Position numbers and translations under genes: made by a program. Of a stretch of DNA of 64,000 nucleotides, positions 10,387 through 20,229 are shown piece by piece. The notes below the pieces were generated by a model. That model worked only from the letters and a program-made list of their open reading frames with translations. It was not told where the DNA came from and searched no databases. This stretch comes from a candidate division FCPU426 bacterium (lineage in GTDB: Bacteria > Oederibacteriota > Muellerivitia > Muellerivitales > Muellerivitaceae): positions 128,001-192,000 of the forward strand of contig CAVYSE010000018.1 of NCBI GenBank assembly GCA_963771075.1, read 5' to 3'. Every line of letters begins with the position of its first letter. The stretch's first letter is position 1.

Positions 10387-11387
10387 CAGGATTGAATATC
10401 GATTTTGGCAACCCCAACGCTTTGTTTCCGCTCTTAACAGTCCTTCTTTTGATGCTGGCTTGGGGAGCCTGGACCCTTTGGAAGGATCGCCGGGACCTGG
10501 ATTATTTGGGTGAGCAAAACCTGGTCTGGTCCCCGCTGAGGGTTTGGGCCCGCCGGGCCGTGAAGGGAACCTTGGCCTTGGTCGCGCTTGTCTTTTTGTT
10601 TTTGGGAGCCGCCCAGCTTCAGGGCAAACCGGTTCCCGAAGAACTGAATATGAGCGGTGTGGACGTCATGATCGTACTGGATGTCTCGAAAAGCATGTTG
10701 TCCCAAGACATCCTTCCGAACCGGCTCACGGCCGCCAAGCGGGCACTTTTCAATTGGATTTCCAACCGGCAGGGGGACCGGGTAGGCCTAGTCATCTTCG
10801 CCGGGGAATCCCTGGTTCAAGTGCCGCTGACCATGGATTTAAACGCCGTCCAGTTGGTCTTGGTCAAGGCGGATCCGGACGAGGTGGACAGGGGAGGAAC
10901 GGATATTGGCGAGGGAATCCAGACCGCCCTGGATTCACTGGATAAAGAGGAAGATAAAAAAAGAGGGAAGGCCATTCTGCTGATGACCGACGGGGAGATA
11001 ACGGAGGGTTCTGCCATCCTACCGAAGGTTCTTGAGCGGGCTGCGCAAATGAAGGTTCCAATCGTAACGGTAGGCATGGGCACCCCCCAGGGAAGGCCGA
11101 TCCCGGACGGAACGGCCTTTTGGGGCGAGATGACTTATAAGAGAGACGCTGGAGGGTCGGTTCACATCAGTCGGCTGGATGAGACGACGCTTCGCCATAT
11201 TGCCGACTCGACCTGGGGTGAATATATCCCGGGCGATACCGAACAGAACCTCAAGTCGATCAATTCGACGCTGGATAAGCTTCAAAAAACACTGATGAAG
11301 GGCGAGGGCGGCATGAAGAGGGAAGAACTTTCCCCCCGGATGGCCCTGGGGGCCGCCTTTTCGCTTTTCCTGGCTTCGGTGTTATGA
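10383..11387 (+). CDS. batB: BatB-like VWA membrane protein
   Basis: DVSKSM, PNRL, GTDIG, MTDGE, SRLDE; ATGA overlap with batA. Confidence 0.87.
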   Translation: MTGLNIDFGNPNALFPLLTVLLLMLAWGAWTLWKDRRDLDYLGEQNLVWSPLRVWARRAVKGTLALVALVFLFLGAAQLQGKPVPEELNMSGVDVMIVLDVSKSMLSQDILPNRLTAAKRALFNWISNRQGDRVGLVIFAGESLVQVPLTMDLNAVQLVLVKADPDEVDRGGTDIGEGIQTALDSLDKEEDKKRGKAILLMTDGEITEGSAILPKVLERAAQMKVPIVTVGMGTPQGRPIPDGTAFWGEMTYKRDAGGSVHISRLDETTLRHIADSTWGEYIPGDTEQNLKSINSTLDKLQKTLMKGEGGMKREELSPRMALGAAFSLFLASVL

Positions 11388-12463
11388 AGATGGGCATGGA
11401 ACCTATGGAAACAAATCAAAATCCAACGCAAAACCACAAAGAGCCAACGAAAGGCGTAATCTTTTTGGGGAAACCAAACACGAATAAAACCCGATTGCTA
11501 TGCCCGGAAAAATCACTATTTTCCCAGTGGCTTGCAGTTTTATTGCTGGCGATTTTGCCGGGGATGAGCCATGCCTTCAGCCTATCGCCGGGCCGGGACG
11601 CCTATGAGGGCAAGGACTACCTGCAGGCCGAAAAGATTTTCGGGGAAGAGGCCCAGAAGAATAAAAATGATTGGGCCGCCGCCTATGGATGGGGAAACGC
11701 CTTGTACCAGGAAGGGAAATATTCAGAGGCCCAAAAGGCATATGAACAGTCCTTGGAGCATAAACCTGACATGGAATCGGGCTGGTACAACCTGGGCAAC
11801 AGCTATTTTCAGCAACAAAGGTATAAAGACGCCATTGAGGCATACAAAAAGACTCTTCAGCTGGACCCTAAAGACAGCGACGCAAAACATAACCTGGAAT
11901 TGGCGGAAAAACTGATGAAGGAGAGTCCCAAATCGGACAAGAGCGACGAAAAACGCAAGGAAGAACAACAAACTCCCAGCCCGACCCCCACCCAACCTCC
12001 AGGCCAACAAAACAACCAGCAGGGCGGGAAGTCCGATCAACAGCAAAACGACTCAAACTCAAAGAATCCAAACAATTCCCAAAACCCTTCAAATCAAAAG
12101 AACCAAAATCAAAATCAGGGGCAACAGCAAAAGCCGGCCGCTTCCAAACAACAACAAAACCAACAGCAGGCCGAACAACAACGCCAGCAGCAGGCTGCCC
12201 AACAACGCCAGGCGGACCAGCAAAGGGCCGAGGAGGCGAAGAAACAGATGGGCATGTCTGATGAGCAGGTGAAGCAGTTGATGTCCCAGCTTCAAAATCG
12301 GGAAGCCCAGGCCCAGCGTTTTTATTCGCCCCATCCGGACCGGGACAGCAAAAAAGCGCAGGATAACTTCTGGAATTTTCTTCCCAGGGAAAATAGCGAG
12401 TTCATGAAGCGTTTTTTTGGACAGCCATCCAACGATAAAAACCAGCCTGCGGAGGATTGGTGA
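11384..12463 (+). CDS. batC: BatC-like TPR protein with Gln-rich tail
   Basis: Signal/TM, TPRs (YNLGN, AKHNLELA), Q/N-rich linker, C-terminal EDW. Confidence 0.85.
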   Translation: MKMGMEPMETNQNPTQNHKEPTKGVIFLGKPNTNKTRLLCPEKSLFSQWLAVLLLAILPGMSHAFSLSPGRDAYEGKDYLQAEKIFGEEAQKNKNDWAAAYGWGNALYQEGKYSEAQKAYEQSLEHKPDMESGWYNLGNSYFQQQRYKDAIEAYKKTLQLDPKDSDAKHNLELAEKLMKESPKSDKSDEKRKEEQQTPSPTPTQPPGQQNNQQGGKSDQQQNDSNSKNPNNSQNPSNQKNQNQNQGQQQKPAASKQQQNQQQAEQQRQQQAAQQRQADQQRAEEAKKQMGMSDEQVKQLMSQLQNREAQAQRFYSPHPDRDSKKAQDNFWNFLPRENSEFMKRFFGQPSNDKNQPAEDW

Positions 12464-12564
12464 GCCGGTGGCCATTTTGCCTGCCGTTCGGGTTAGAATA
12501 CGCGGGCTCGAGGGGCTGGCGGCATTGACGAAAGCGGAAGTCAAGAACATAAGGAAGGGAAAGC

Positions 12565-13560
12565 ATGAAACCGATTGAAACGAGAAAAAACAGGCCTTGG
12601 ACCCTCTGGGTCCTGGCCTTTCTACTGGCCGCTCCCCTGGCATCCCAAACGAATAACAGCGGGGAAGAAGTGGGCCTGCGAATGGACGTGGATAAAAGGC
12701 AGGTGGAGGTGGGCGATACACTTTCCCTCACGATCGAATTCAAGCAATTGATGGTGGGAGGAAGCAATGTATCCGCCCAGCCTAATTTCCCGACCCCGGA
12801 GCTTTTTCAGGAAGGCAGTAGCTTTAATTCCACGCAAGTCACCATCGTGAACCAAAAGACGGCCCAGACGACCACGACCCACATGAACCTGGTGGCGGTT
12901 AAACCCGGAAGCGAAACCTTGGGGCCCGCCAGCGTCATTTTTCAGGACCCTTCCGGGAAAAGGCAGGAGATCCGATCCAATGTGATCAACGTGACGGTCA
13001 CCGAAAAAAAGCCGTTTTCCCTTTTTGGAGGGTCCAAACCGACTTCCCTGCCGGCGGTGAACCCGGCTCCGGCCCAGGCTCCCGCGGATGAGGGCTTAAG
13101 GGACCTGAAACCATTGTTGCCGGATCCCATCCTCTTCTTGTTGAAGCTGTTAATTTGGATCGCCATTCTCGTCTTAGTTGGAGTCTTGGTTTGGAGGATC
13201 ACGAAACCCAAAAAATCCGCCGTTAAAGGTCCCCCCCCCATCGGGGAGGAAAAGCGCTTGAGGGATATCTGGAAAAAACTTTCCGACGAGGACCTTTCCG
13301 CGGAGATTTTCTGCCGGTCCCTGTCTTCCCTGGTCCGCGAGTGCCTCCAATACCATTTTGAGTTCGACGCGGTGGATCTTACGACAGAGGAAATATTCCG
13401 GGAATTGAAGAAACATGAATTAACCTCCAAGGAGATGGAGGCCGTTGAAAAGTGCCTGAAGGCCTGCGACCGGGTGCTTTACGCCGATGGGAACCTGACG
13501 GGAAGGGACGCCCTGCGTGCCCTTGCCTCGAACCTGCTGCCGAAGGTGTCAAACAATTGA
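12565..13560 (+). CDS. Short BatD-like protein (Ig-like domain, TM, cytoplasmic domain)
   Basis: Signal peptide, VDKRQVEVGDTL, TM, LTTEE motif; operon position. Confidence 0.75.
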   Translation: MKPIETRKNRPWTLWVLAFLLAAPLASQTNNSGEEVGLRMDVDKRQVEVGDTLSLTIEFKQLMVGGSNVSAQPNFPTPELFQEGSSFNSTQVTIVNQKTAQTTTTHMNLVAVKPGSETLGPASVIFQDPSGKRQEIRSNVINVTVTEKKPFSLFGGSKPTSLPAVNPAPAQAPADEGLRDLKPLLPDPILFLLKLLIWIAILVLVGVLVWRITKPKKSAVKGPPPIGEEKRLRDIWKKLSDEDLSAEIFCRSLSSLVRECLQYHFEFDAVDLTTEEIFRELKKHELTSKEMEAVEKCLKACDRVLYADGNLTGRDALRALASNLLPKVSNN

Positions 13561-14000
13561 ACCGCGAAGACGCGAAGGTAAACCCGGTAAAGAAATTCGG
13601 GAAAGATGATATATCGATCGAGAAGAATGATATCGCCAGAACGGTTGTTGACGCAGCTTTCGCGGTGCATCGGGAAATGGGCCCCGGATTGTTGGAAAGT
13701 ATTTACGAGTCATGCTTGGTTAAAGAGCTGCAAAAACGGAATGTTGGATTCGAACGGCAAAAATGTATTCCAATTCACTATGCCGGTGAATTATTAGATG
13801 AAAAGTTTCGATTGGATTTGTTGGTTGAAGAAAAAATAATTGTTGAAATAAAAGCTGTAGAAGAACTATTGCCTATTCATGAGGCGCAGGTTTTGACTTA
13901 TCTCAAACTTATAGGGTGCGAGATTGGTTTTTTAATCAATTTTAACGTCCGTTTCATCAAGGATGGCATCCGGCGGATTGTTTTGTCAAAAAAACACTAA
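13557..14000 (+). CDS. GxxExxY protein (PD-(D/E)XK nuclease-fold family)
   Basis: VHREMGPGLLESIYE, RLDLLVE..IIVEIK, HEAQVLTYL, INFN; TTG overlaps the upstream TGA; AT-richer than neighbours. Confidence 0.92.
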   Translation: MNREDAKVNPVKKFGKDDISIEKNDIARTVVDAAFAVHREMGPGLLESIYESCLVKELQKRNVGFERQKCIPIHYAGELLDEKFRLDLLVEEKIIVEIKAVEELLPIHEAQVLTYLKLIGCEIGFLINFNVRFIKDGIRRIVLSKKH

Positions 14001-14025
14001 AAGACGTTCTTCGCGTCTTCGCGGT
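13561..14025. mobile_element. GxxExxY cassette bounded by a perfect 17-bp inverted repeat
   Basis: ACCGCGAAGACGCGAAG (13561-13577) and CTTCGCGTCTTCGCGGT (14009-14025). Confidence 0.75.
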
Positions 14026-14052
14026 GAAAATCTCGACTTAAGGGAGCAAGAA

Positions 14053-15042
14053 ATGCCTACGCAAAATGAAGAATTAACTCAAGAAGGCCAGCGCCTCAGC
14101 GAACAGTTTCTGAAAGCGAAGGATGAGGTGCAAAAGGTTATTGTGGGCCAGGGCGATTTGATCGATCGTCTCCTTTTGGGACTGCTGACCCGCGGGCACC
14201 TGCTCTTGGAGGGCTTGCCGGGACTGGCGAAGACCCTTGCGGTAAAGACGCTTGCGGAGGCATTGGGCGTCAGTTTCAGCCGAATCCAGTTTACCCCCGA
14301 CCTTTTGCCCGCCGACCTGCTGGGAACCAGGATATATAACCCTGGCAAGGGTGACTTCAAAACCCAGAAGGGCCCCGTTTTTGCCAACCTGGTGTTGGCC
14401 GATGAGATCAACCGGGCCCCCGCGAAGGTGCAGTCCGCCCTACTGGAAGCCATGCAGGAACACCAGGTCACCATTGGGCCCGATACATTCAAGTTGGAGG
14501 AGCCCTTTTTTGTCATGGCGACCCAGAACCCGATCGAACATGAGGGCACCTACCCCCTTCCGGAGGCCCAGGTGGACCGCTTTTTGATGAAGATTTTCGT
14601 GGGGTATCCCAGCTTCGAGGAGGAAAAGCAAATTATCGATCGGATGACCCAGGGACAAAGTATAAAGACCTCAGAGATACTTTCCGCCCAGGCCATTCTC
14701 AAGGCCCAGCGCCAGGTAGACGGCATCTACGTGGGGGAAGCCTTGAAGGATTACATCGTTCACCTGGTGTCAGCCACCCGGCGGCCGAAAGATTACCAAT
14801 TGGCTTCCCTCCAACCCCTTATCGAGTACGGGGCCAGCCCCCGCGCCTCGATGGGCTTGACGGTCGCGGCGAAAGCCAGGGCCTTTTTGAACGGCCGGGG
14901 CTATGCCACGCCCGATGACGTGAAGGCACTGGCGGGTAACGTTATCCGCCACCGCTTGATCCTTACCTATGAGGCTGAAGCGCAAAACTTGACCACCGAC
15001 CAGGTCATCTCGCAAATCCTCGCCAAAGTACCTGTGCCGTGA
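14053..15042 (+). CDS. MoxR-family AAA+ ATPase
   Basis: GLPGLAKT, RIQFTPDLLPAD, LADEINRA, ATQNPIE, GASPR. Confidence 0.96.
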   Translation: MPTQNEELTQEGQRLSEQFLKAKDEVQKVIVGQGDLIDRLLLGLLTRGHLLLEGLPGLAKTLAVKTLAEALGVSFSRIQFTPDLLPADLLGTRIYNPGKGDFKTQKGPVFANLVLADEINRAPAKVQSALLEAMQEHQVTIGPDTFKLEEPFFVMATQNPIEHEGTYPLPEAQVDRFLMKIFVGYPSFEEEKQIIDRMTQGQSIKTSEILSAQAILKAQRQVDGIYVGEALKDYIVHLVSATRRPKDYQLASLQPLIEYGASPRASMGLTVAAKARAFLNGRGYATPDDVKALAGNVIRHRLILTYEAEAQNLTTDQVISQILAKVPVP

Positions 15043-16043
15043 GCTTCCAGGCCCGAAACTCCAAAAGCGGTCTCTCGGGGAGAGGAGGTTATGGGGCCAT
15101 TGTTTTAATCCTATTGGGGTTAGGGTTCGGGGCGGGATGCGGTCAAAAACCACATTACACCGCGCTCTCCCTTCCACTGCCTCCTACCGAAGATTCGGGG
15201 GTGCAAAACGGGGAATATATTCAAACCCAATACGGTTTCGCTTTCCCGGTCCCCCCCAAATGGATGTCCCTGGGCCTTTCGGAGGAACAGGAAATGGATG
15301 TAGTCGCCTGTTTTGCCGATCCTACCAAAACACTCGTGACCCGGTTTTCGGTCCAACTCGTTCCTTCGGACCAGACTTTTTCCCCCAAGGACTGGTCCGC
15401 CTCGGTCGAGAAAGATCTAAAGGCGAAACAATTCCAAATCGAGACGAAAGACTCCCGGGAGGAATGGAAAACGGCGGGCAGTGAAAGGTGGATCTCCCAG
15501 GCCTTTCATGTATTGGACGTGAGGCAAAAAGAATGGTTGGATAACGAATGGGTACTCAATCGGGGCGACCTGCTTTTGCAGGTACATGCCACCCTGCCCG
15601 AAGAGAAGGCCTCGGCGGATGAGGGAAAAAAATTATTGAAGGCCCTGGAAGGGGCGCTTACCCGTATCCATTGGTACATGCCCATCGGACCCAGGGGAAT
15701 ATCACCCGAACGGTACGAGTTGCAGGCCTTTACGGAAGGTTTTCAACTGGCATTGGAATCGGGCTCCCTGCCAAAGACCTATCTCTTTTTTGACGACCTT
15801 TACCCGGGCCGGGCCGAATGGGCATCCTGGTACCAGCAAGCCTTGGGAGGCAAGGATCCGAAGTCCCTGAACTTGAAGGCGGCTTTGGAGGGACTTGTGA
15901 TCAACGGGGAAAACGCAACCGCTTCTTTTTCACTATCCATGAACAATCCCGCGGCGGGAAAACCGGTAAAGTTGGAGAGAAGTTTCAAGCTTTCGAAGAA
16001 GGAACGAAGCTGGAAGATCACGGAACCGGTGGGGAAAAAATAA
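15039..16043 (+). CDS. Putative lipoprotein
   Basis: Hydrophobic stretch ending FGAG-C; GTGA overlap with moxR. Confidence 0.6.
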   Translation: MSFQARNSKSGLSGRGGYGAIVLILLGLGFGAGCGQKPHYTALSLPLPPTEDSGVQNGEYIQTQYGFAFPVPPKWMSLGLSEEQEMDVVACFADPTKTLVTRFSVQLVPSDQTFSPKDWSASVEKDLKAKQFQIETKDSREEWKTAGSERWISQAFHVLDVRQKEWLDNEWVLNRGDLLLQVHATLPEEKASADEGKKLLKALEGALTRIHWYMPIGPRGISPERYELQAFTEGFQLALESGSLPKTYLFFDDLYPGRAEWASWYQQALGGKDPKSLNLKAALEGLVINGENATASFSLSMNNPAAGKPVKLERSFKLSKKERSWKITEPVGKK

Positions 16044-16325
16044 GGGGACATCTAAAAATTCACACGGAGAAACACGGGCATTTCAATTAACCTTATAGTG
16101 AATGAAGCATGGTTCTGTTTTCTTTGGTCCTTTGGGAGGAAGAACCTGAGACAGGATTTTTAGTTGATTTTGACAACCTCAAAGGCAATTATTCGGGATG
16201 CCCTTAAATAACCCTTGTTATAGGCCTCTAATTCGATTTGAAGGTTAAACCACCCAGCGTTAAACTTTCTTTAAAATGTTCCAATTGAGGAGAGTTTTTT
16301 GGGCCATCAATTTTTATCGAATCGG

Positions 16326-19300
16326 ATGGGCAAAAAAAACTATTCCTTATTTATTTCCGCCCTGTTGGCGATACCCCTCTCTTTTTTTCCAAGCGACCTT
16401 CATTCCCAAACCTATATCGGTAACCAGAGCGTCGTGGACAGCACTTATTTTAATGGTGTTCAATCCTCCCTGTTGCCAGCGATTTCCTACCGCTTTACGA
16501 TTCCCGGAACCAACACGCTTCCGGTGACCGCGATCTATTTGAACGCGGCTTCCAACTATACAAGTGCTTCTTCCTCGGGTAATTATGTCATCAGCGTACA
16601 AAACGATTCCTCCGGGTTTCCCGGAGCGACCACGATCGTGGGTCCGGTGACGGTCACTTTTCCGCCGAGCGGTGGTCCCGTTTCATTTGATTGGTATGAA
16701 ATAGATGTTCCTCAAGCATCCGTCTCCGGCGGAACGGTTTACCAATTGGTGGTTGACGGGTCGGGCATTACAACGAATAAATTCATGGATTTCACATCGG
16801 GTTCGCTTCCGGACCTTAAGATCATACCCTTGAATCAGGTCCCGGACCCCAATTGCGACTCCGTGACATTCAGCGGAAGTGTTTGGAATTCCCAAGCGGA
16901 AATGCCTGTTTTTGTTCTCCAATTTAACAGTAACGCCACCCCCGATTTTGGAAACCCCTATGACAATTACGATCCCGCGAATTACGCGGATGCTACCGAC
17001 TCGACGGGTCAAGTTTTTAATACGGGAGGCTCGAATTTATTTGTGGACCGGTTAGGGGTATATGCCAATCGCTTGACGAACCCGGCGGATAATCTTTATG
17101 GTTCCGTTTACGACCTCACAGCCCATGTGACGGTGGGAGCCGTCACGATATTGGAGTCAAACGTGAATACCTTCAACGCGTGGGCGGAGGCAAATTTCAG
17201 CCCCCCCCTTTCCCTCAATGGCGCACACAATTACGAGGTGTTGCTTACGTCTCCCGGGTCCGCCTCCGCCACCGATTTTTATTATTTCCCGGCGCCTTTT
17301 CACGGAGGTACTTTTGACGACCTGACCTATGGAAGCACCCAGTCTTATGCCGAGTACAACTCTAACTATCCGACTCCTATCATGACCCCTGAGCCCTTCG
17401 AGGACCTGGGGTTCAGGTTCAGAGTGTTTATGACATTGACTCCCTCGGTTACTCCAACGCTAACCCCAACCCCGACTTTAACATCAACTTCGACTCCTAC
17501 AACCACGCCTACCGTAACGGCAACCCCCACCGTGACTTACGCCCCCTTTAACGGTTCCATCTTCTATTTCACGAATGGTGATTCCACCAACCCGGGGCCT
17601 CCGGTCCAGGTCTTCAGCAATTCGGCCCCGGCTTCCCTCGTGACCGTTAATATTTCCTCGGCGGGCAACAGTACCGCCTCCCCGTTGGGCGCTTGGGTCT
17701 CGGAGCCGCTTAATGGGCCGACCATCCCCGCCGGAAATTGGGATTTCGCCTTATATGGGTACGCGGATACCGCCGGTGCTAACGTTTATTACGACGTGAA
17801 AGTTTATGATTATTCTCTTTCCGGGCCCACCACCACCCTTTTATTTGAAAGTGTATCCCCCATCCAAATTTCCACTTCTCCCAACACTTTGGTGGAATGG
17901 TTTGCCAGCCAACCAAGCTATACCTTGGGCGTGCGGGACAAGATCTTTGTGCAGGTTTCGGTCAATAATACCTCCGCCACCACCTCGAACGCTTTTTTCC
18001 AATATGGGGGTAACCCCGATTATTCGCGTATCACGGCACCGGGGTATGGCACGGGCGCCGCGGACAAGTTTGGAAATCGGTCGATCATCGGGGGACCTGT
18101 AACCTTCGGGCTGGATGCGAACGCTAAACGGGTCGGGATGCGGTTCACGGCGAATACCACCGGCTCCATTTCGGCGGTTCAGGTCTATATGTACAGTTTG
18201 TTGGGAGTTCCGGGTTATAAGGTCTCCCTCCAGGGGGACTCCGCTGGCATTCCCGACGGATACCTGACATCCCCCACCAGTTTCACCCCGATTTCGGGAT
18301 GGAACAATATCAGCCTTTCTACCTCCGTCCCCGTCACGGCGGGGGGAACTTATAACCTGGTAGTGGAATGGGATGGCCTATCCGTTCTTTCCTCGAACAA
18401 CGCGATCCTTTTGAGCGGAACCTCCCCGGATCATGGATATATCCCCGTAAGCCAAACCTTTAGCGGGGTTTTGGGAACCGTGCAGGACATGGGCTTGGGC
18501 GGGGGGTGGAGTCCCTTGAGCGTCATGCCGGTTTTCCTGGTTGATTTAAACGGCGCATGGTTTGGGAACCCCTTGGTAAACTCGGGCGGCAGTAGCATCG
18601 TGGGGACCAATTACCTAGCCCAACGGTTCAGGGTATTAAGTACGCCCCTGACCATCGCCTCGGTGGCGGCTTTTGTCCAAGAAGTAGGGGGCACCCCGCC
18701 ATTGGACAGTTTGTACTGGGAAATACGGGACACTACCACCAATACCGTTCAACCCGGCGGATCCGGAACCTTGGCGACCAATAACCAAGTCACCACGACA
18801 GCCAATTGGATCGGCGGGGCGATACCCACCCTGATCCTCGCGCCCGGAACCTATCGGTTAGTTCTCAAGAGCCCCCAGTCCTCAGGCGGGAACTATTATT
18901 TTTGGCCGGCCCAGGGCCCTATGTCGACTGTCTCTCCTTATACCGATACAACCTATGATGGGGTCAATTCCTACTCTGAAATTTCCAGCGATGGAGGAAA
19001 CACCTTCGGCACTATCTCGCCTTCGCTCAATTACGATTTCGGTTTTGATTTCGTTCCCGGAACCAGCACCCTGGCTACTTACACTCCGAGCGTGACTCCC
19101 ACAAGCACCGCCACCCAAACGCCCTCGATTACCAGCACCCCGACGCCGACCCTCACCAATACCATTACGCTCAGCCCCACCATTACGAATACCTTCACGA
19201 TCACTCCGACCCTGTCCAATACGACCACGCTCACGCCGACCATTACCCTTTCTCCCACCATCACCCTGTCGCCGACTGTTACTTTGACACCGACAATAAC

Positions 19301-20129
19301 GCTGACTCGGACGATTACGAATACTTACACCAATACCATCACTCTCACACCCACGATTACGCTCACTCGGACGATAACAAATACCTATACCCCCACCCCT
19401 ACCCTGACCCCGACCATTACGAGCACCCTTTCACTCACGCCGACGATTACCACCACTTTTACGCTCACCCCGACGGTCACGAATACATTCACCCACACTC
19501 CATCGCTTACGCCAACCGTAACAAATACCGAAACTTACACGATAACGCTTACCCCAACCGTCACAACCACCTTTACGAGTACCATCACACTTACTCCCAC
19601 CGTGACGAATACCATTACCAGTACCATCACTCCTACTCCAACCAATACCAGCTCAATGACCATTACCCCCACCCTTACGAATACCCCGACTGAATCCTTC
19701 ACCCCAACCTTGACGAGTACCTCCACCCAAACAGCCACCCTTACCTTTAGCCCCACCGTCACCCACTCCCCGACCATCACGAACACGCCGACCCTAACGC
19801 TTTCTCCGACCCCAACAGGAAGTCCCACCAATACACCAACTCCGAATATGGCGATGTACCTGTCGGATAATTATTTCAACCCGGCGGCGGGCGCAACCCT
19901 GGGGATCGACGTTCTCATTACGCAAAGCGGGGAAGTGAAGATCATGGTTTATAACCTGTTGGGAGAAGAGGTGGTCAAGCTGGTAGACCAGAATCTCAAT
20001 GTAGGAAGTTACCATTTCACCTGGGACGGGCGTAATCGTTCGCAAGATCTGGTTGGGAATGGTGTTTATTTGGTGCTAATAGAACAGGCTTCCGGGAATT
20101 TCATCCGAAAAGTCATCGTCTTGAAATAA
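16326..20129 (+). CDS. Large secreted beta-rich protein with Thr/Pro linkers and C-terminal FlgD-Ig/T9SS-CTD-like domain
   Basis: Signal peptide, duplicated ~340-aa module, long T-x-T-x-T-P tract, tail NYFNP...YNLLG...WDGRN...GVY...KVIVLK. Confidence 0.85.
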   Translation: MGKKNYSLFISALLAIPLSFFPSDLHSQTYIGNQSVVDSTYFNGVQSSLLPAISYRFTIPGTNTLPVTAIYLNAASNYTSASSSGNYVISVQNDSSGFPGATTIVGPVTVTFPPSGGPVSFDWYEIDVPQASVSGGTVYQLVVDGSGITTNKFMDFTSGSLPDLKIIPLNQVPDPNCDSVTFSGSVWNSQAEMPVFVLQFNSNATPDFGNPYDNYDPANYADATDSTGQVFNTGGSNLFVDRLGVYANRLTNPADNLYGSVYDLTAHVTVGAVTILESNVNTFNAWAEANFSPPLSLNGAHNYEVLLTSPGSASATDFYYFPAPFHGGTFDDLTYGSTQSYAEYNSNYPTPIMTPEPFEDLGFRFRVFMTLTPSVTPTLTPTPTLTSTSTPTTTPTVTATPTVTYAPFNGSIFYFTNGDSTNPGPPVQVFSNSAPASLVTVNISSAGNSTASPLGAWVSEPLNGPTIPAGNWDFALYGYADTAGANVYYDVKVYDYSLSGPTTTLLFESVSPIQISTSPNTLVEWFASQPSYTLGVRDKIFVQVSVNNTSATTSNAFFQYGGNPDYSRITAPGYGTGAADKFGNRSIIGGPVTFGLDANAKRVGMRFTANTTGSISAVQVYMYSLLGVPGYKVSLQGDSAGIPDGYLTSPTSFTPISGWNNISLSTSVPVTAGGTYNLVVEWDGLSVLSSNNAILLSGTSPDHGYIPVSQTFSGVLGTVQDMGLGGGWSPLSVMPVFLVDLNGAWFGNPLVNSGGSSIVGTNYLAQRFRVLSTPLTIASVAAFVQEVGGTPPLDSLYWEIRDTTTNTVQPGGSGTLATNNQVTTTANWIGGAIPTLILAPGTYRLVLKSPQSSGGNYYFWPAQGPMSTVSPYTDTTYDGVNSYSEISSDGGNTFGTISPSLNYDFGFDFVPGTSTLATYTPSVTPTSTATQTPSITSTPTPTLTNTITLSPTITNTFTITPTLSNTTTLTPTITLSPTITLSPTVTLTPTITLTRTITNTYTNTITLTPTITLTRTITNTYTPTPTLTPTITSTLSLTPTITTTFTLTPTVTNTFTHTPSLTPTVTNTETYTITLTPTVTTTFTSTITLTPTVTNTITSTITPTPTNTSSMTITPTLTNTPTESFTPTLTSTSTQTATLTFSPTVTHSPTITNTPTLTLSPTPTGSPTNTPTPNMAMYLSDNYFNPAAGATLGIDVLITQSGEVKIMVYNLLGEEVVKLVDQNLNVGSYHFTWDGRNRSQDLVGNGVYLVLIEQASGNFIRKVIVLK

Positions 20130-20229
20130 TGCCGGGTTTGAAGACCCATTTCAGGGTTTTTCTTTTTCAGGGTTCCATCCTGCTCCAATGGCTATAATCC
20201 TTTTAATTTCCATCGTGTCAGGGGGTTTT

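Noticed and set aside
11950..12240. Gln/Asn-rich low-complexity tract as a novel repeat
   Set aside because: A typical feature of BatC-like proteins.
16059..16139. Possible decayed periodic element (cacacggagaaacacggg ... ctttggtcctttggg)
   Set aside because: Too degenerate, and the two ends do not pair convincingly.
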